From assembly GCF_964204645.1 (NCBI RefSeq), contig NC_134030.1, positions 12,049,947 through 12,113,946 of the forward strand: a stretch of DNA of 64,000 bases, given 5' to 3'. The position numbers were made by a program, and so were the translations under genes. Source of the DNA: Tubulanus polymorphus. Lineage: Eukaryota; Animalia; Nemertea. Numbering within the stretch: the first letter of the stretch is position 1; every line of letters starts with the position of its first letter. Shown here piece after piece: positions 62,230 through 64,000 of this stretch. Under the pieces are notes generated by a model that was given only the letters and a program-made list of their open reading frames with translations, was not told the DNA's origin and did not search any database.

Positions 62230-62600
62230 GCTGATAGCCACTGCATGTCACATACCACGAATAATGGCGGTTCTGATATCGATAGTTAAAAGTTATAGTT
62301 ACCTACGAACAATCCCATGATTACGTAGTAAGAACGAACACTCCGTTGCTTCGGATAGTACTATTCCGAGTTCTGCGCGGTCATTATGAGCGTATCTATT
62401 TAACACCCGTATTGCTCGGATTAGTTTTACTACCAACGGGTGGCACTGTAGGTAAATTTCACATGAATCAACGACTTTCGGCTATTAGCGGTACTTAAGA
62501 CCACTTGAAAACATCATAGTCAATTACGGTAAGTATTAGGGAATATGGGGGTTCATACCAAAGGTCGAAGGGTCGAGCTCATAAAAATATGAAAATAAAT

Positions 62601-62876
62601 AATTCTAGTCAAATGTAAAGAAATTCAATATTAACAAGAAATATTAGAAAAACATTAGAAAAACAATAACTTTCTTTAGAATGATGCTAGAGTGATACTA
62701 ACAGTTAAAGTTATTGTTTCTATTTGCTCACTGGATTAAATAATATTTTAAATAGATTCGATTAGAAAAAACATTAGAATTGAATAAGTTAGTATTATTA
62801 AAGCAAGTTATTGTTTTTCTAATGTTTTTTTAATATTTCTTGTTAATATTAAATTTCTTTACATTTGACTAGAATT
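62601..62876. repeat. AT-rich foldback with arms of about 70 bp, upstream of the GPCR
   Basis: AATTCTAGTCAAATGTAAAGAAATT... / ...AATTTCTTTACATTTGACTAGAATT. Confidence 0.85.
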
Positions 62877-64000
62877 CAACTGAAAATTCAATAAACTAAG
62901 TAACTAATATCACTCTTGTCAGAAATAAAGCATAATTTGCATTTAATACGTATCTAATACGTATTTAATACATTAATACCTCTGCCCCCTTTTTTAATGA
63001 AATACTATTTTTACAATATTTTATACATTTCAGCCAATAGATTTTATATTTTCAGCTAATTTAACAGTCTTATTCTTAATTTATCATTTAGTTTATGAAT
63101 ATACAATCTACTCAATTTAATATTCAAACAGTTTAACAATCTAACGGATTCATTGTAATACTCTTTTAATAATGATAAAAATAAATATATAATTGAATAT
63201 AATTTGTACTTTTCCAAATATATATAATAAATCTCGCTTGACAGGGGTTCGGTATCACTCCCGAACTCGCTTCCATTCGGCTAGTAACGACTCCAACGAC
63301 TCGTGAGGTCAAGGGGTTCGGCAATGCTTTAGCGTAGTGGGTTCGAATCCCTTGACAGGTGAAGATGAATAAATCTGTGAGATAAATAAATATTGAAACA
63401 GAAATATATATGATAAATCTGTGATTTTCATTACTGAATCAAATATATATGATAATTCTGAAATTCATTACTGAATCAAATATATATCATAAAATTTAAA
63501 GATATTATATAATCTAAACTATTTATATATCTATGTATTAGACGTACGAGTAAGAATCCAAGAAAGTAAGAATTCTTACTTTCTTACTCGTACGTCTAGT
63601 ACATATATGTATAAATTAGTTTTATAATAATTATAAATATGAATTATTAATCTAAGTATAGAAATTTAAGTTTAAACATATAATTTATTCATTTTTATAT
63701 ATTTCAGCCAATATGTTTTATATTTTCAGCCAATTTAACAGTCTATTGCTTTATTTGAATTATATAATTTATCATTTAGCTCGTGAATATATTTATGATT
63801 CCTAAATGATTTTTCATTTTTATACCTTTACATATTTACATATTTCACAGCATTTAATATTATTAATTCTATCTGAAATATAATTTATGTTTTCTTTTAA
63901 TTCTGTATACCTAATTCTACAGTTATCATAGAATTCTAACAGCTGTTTTTATGAGTAAATTGAAAAAGAAACTAAACCTGAAACCATAATTATTAATTTC

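Overview
This is AT-rich, intron-rich animal genomic DNA, most likely a lophotrochozoan invertebrate (inferred from the NPF sequence, GPCR type and repeat families), not a prokaryote. Most of the ORF track is noise. Four protein-coding genes can be built by hand from GT-AG splice sites. (1) A neuropeptide F/Y precursor on + (coding exons 10695-10873 and 19018-~19094, with the family-diagnostic phase-2 intron inside the Arg codon of RPRF; its 3' exons are ambiguous). (2) A 14-exon, 571-aa glutamate decarboxylase on + (27854-39883). (3) A 208-aa NAC alpha subunit on - (56229-46755, six coding exons plus a non-coding first exon with a 5'TOP-like start). (4) An intronless class A peptide-type GPCR on - (62229-61150). 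There is also an unassigned 124-aa ORF (43535-43909). The rest holds a decayed Ty3/gypsy element, LINE, Penelope and SINE fragments, and many MITEs with readable TIRs and target-site duplications (TSDs). The most unusual non-genic signals are a foldback family whose arms contain tRNA A/B boxes and which has a 9-bp TSD, a Helentron-like element carrying tandem CTCF-type and YY1-type motifs, and a three-level transposon nest in a NACA intron. I see no convincing evidence for a wholly new multi-gene system. All calls are by eye, without database searches.
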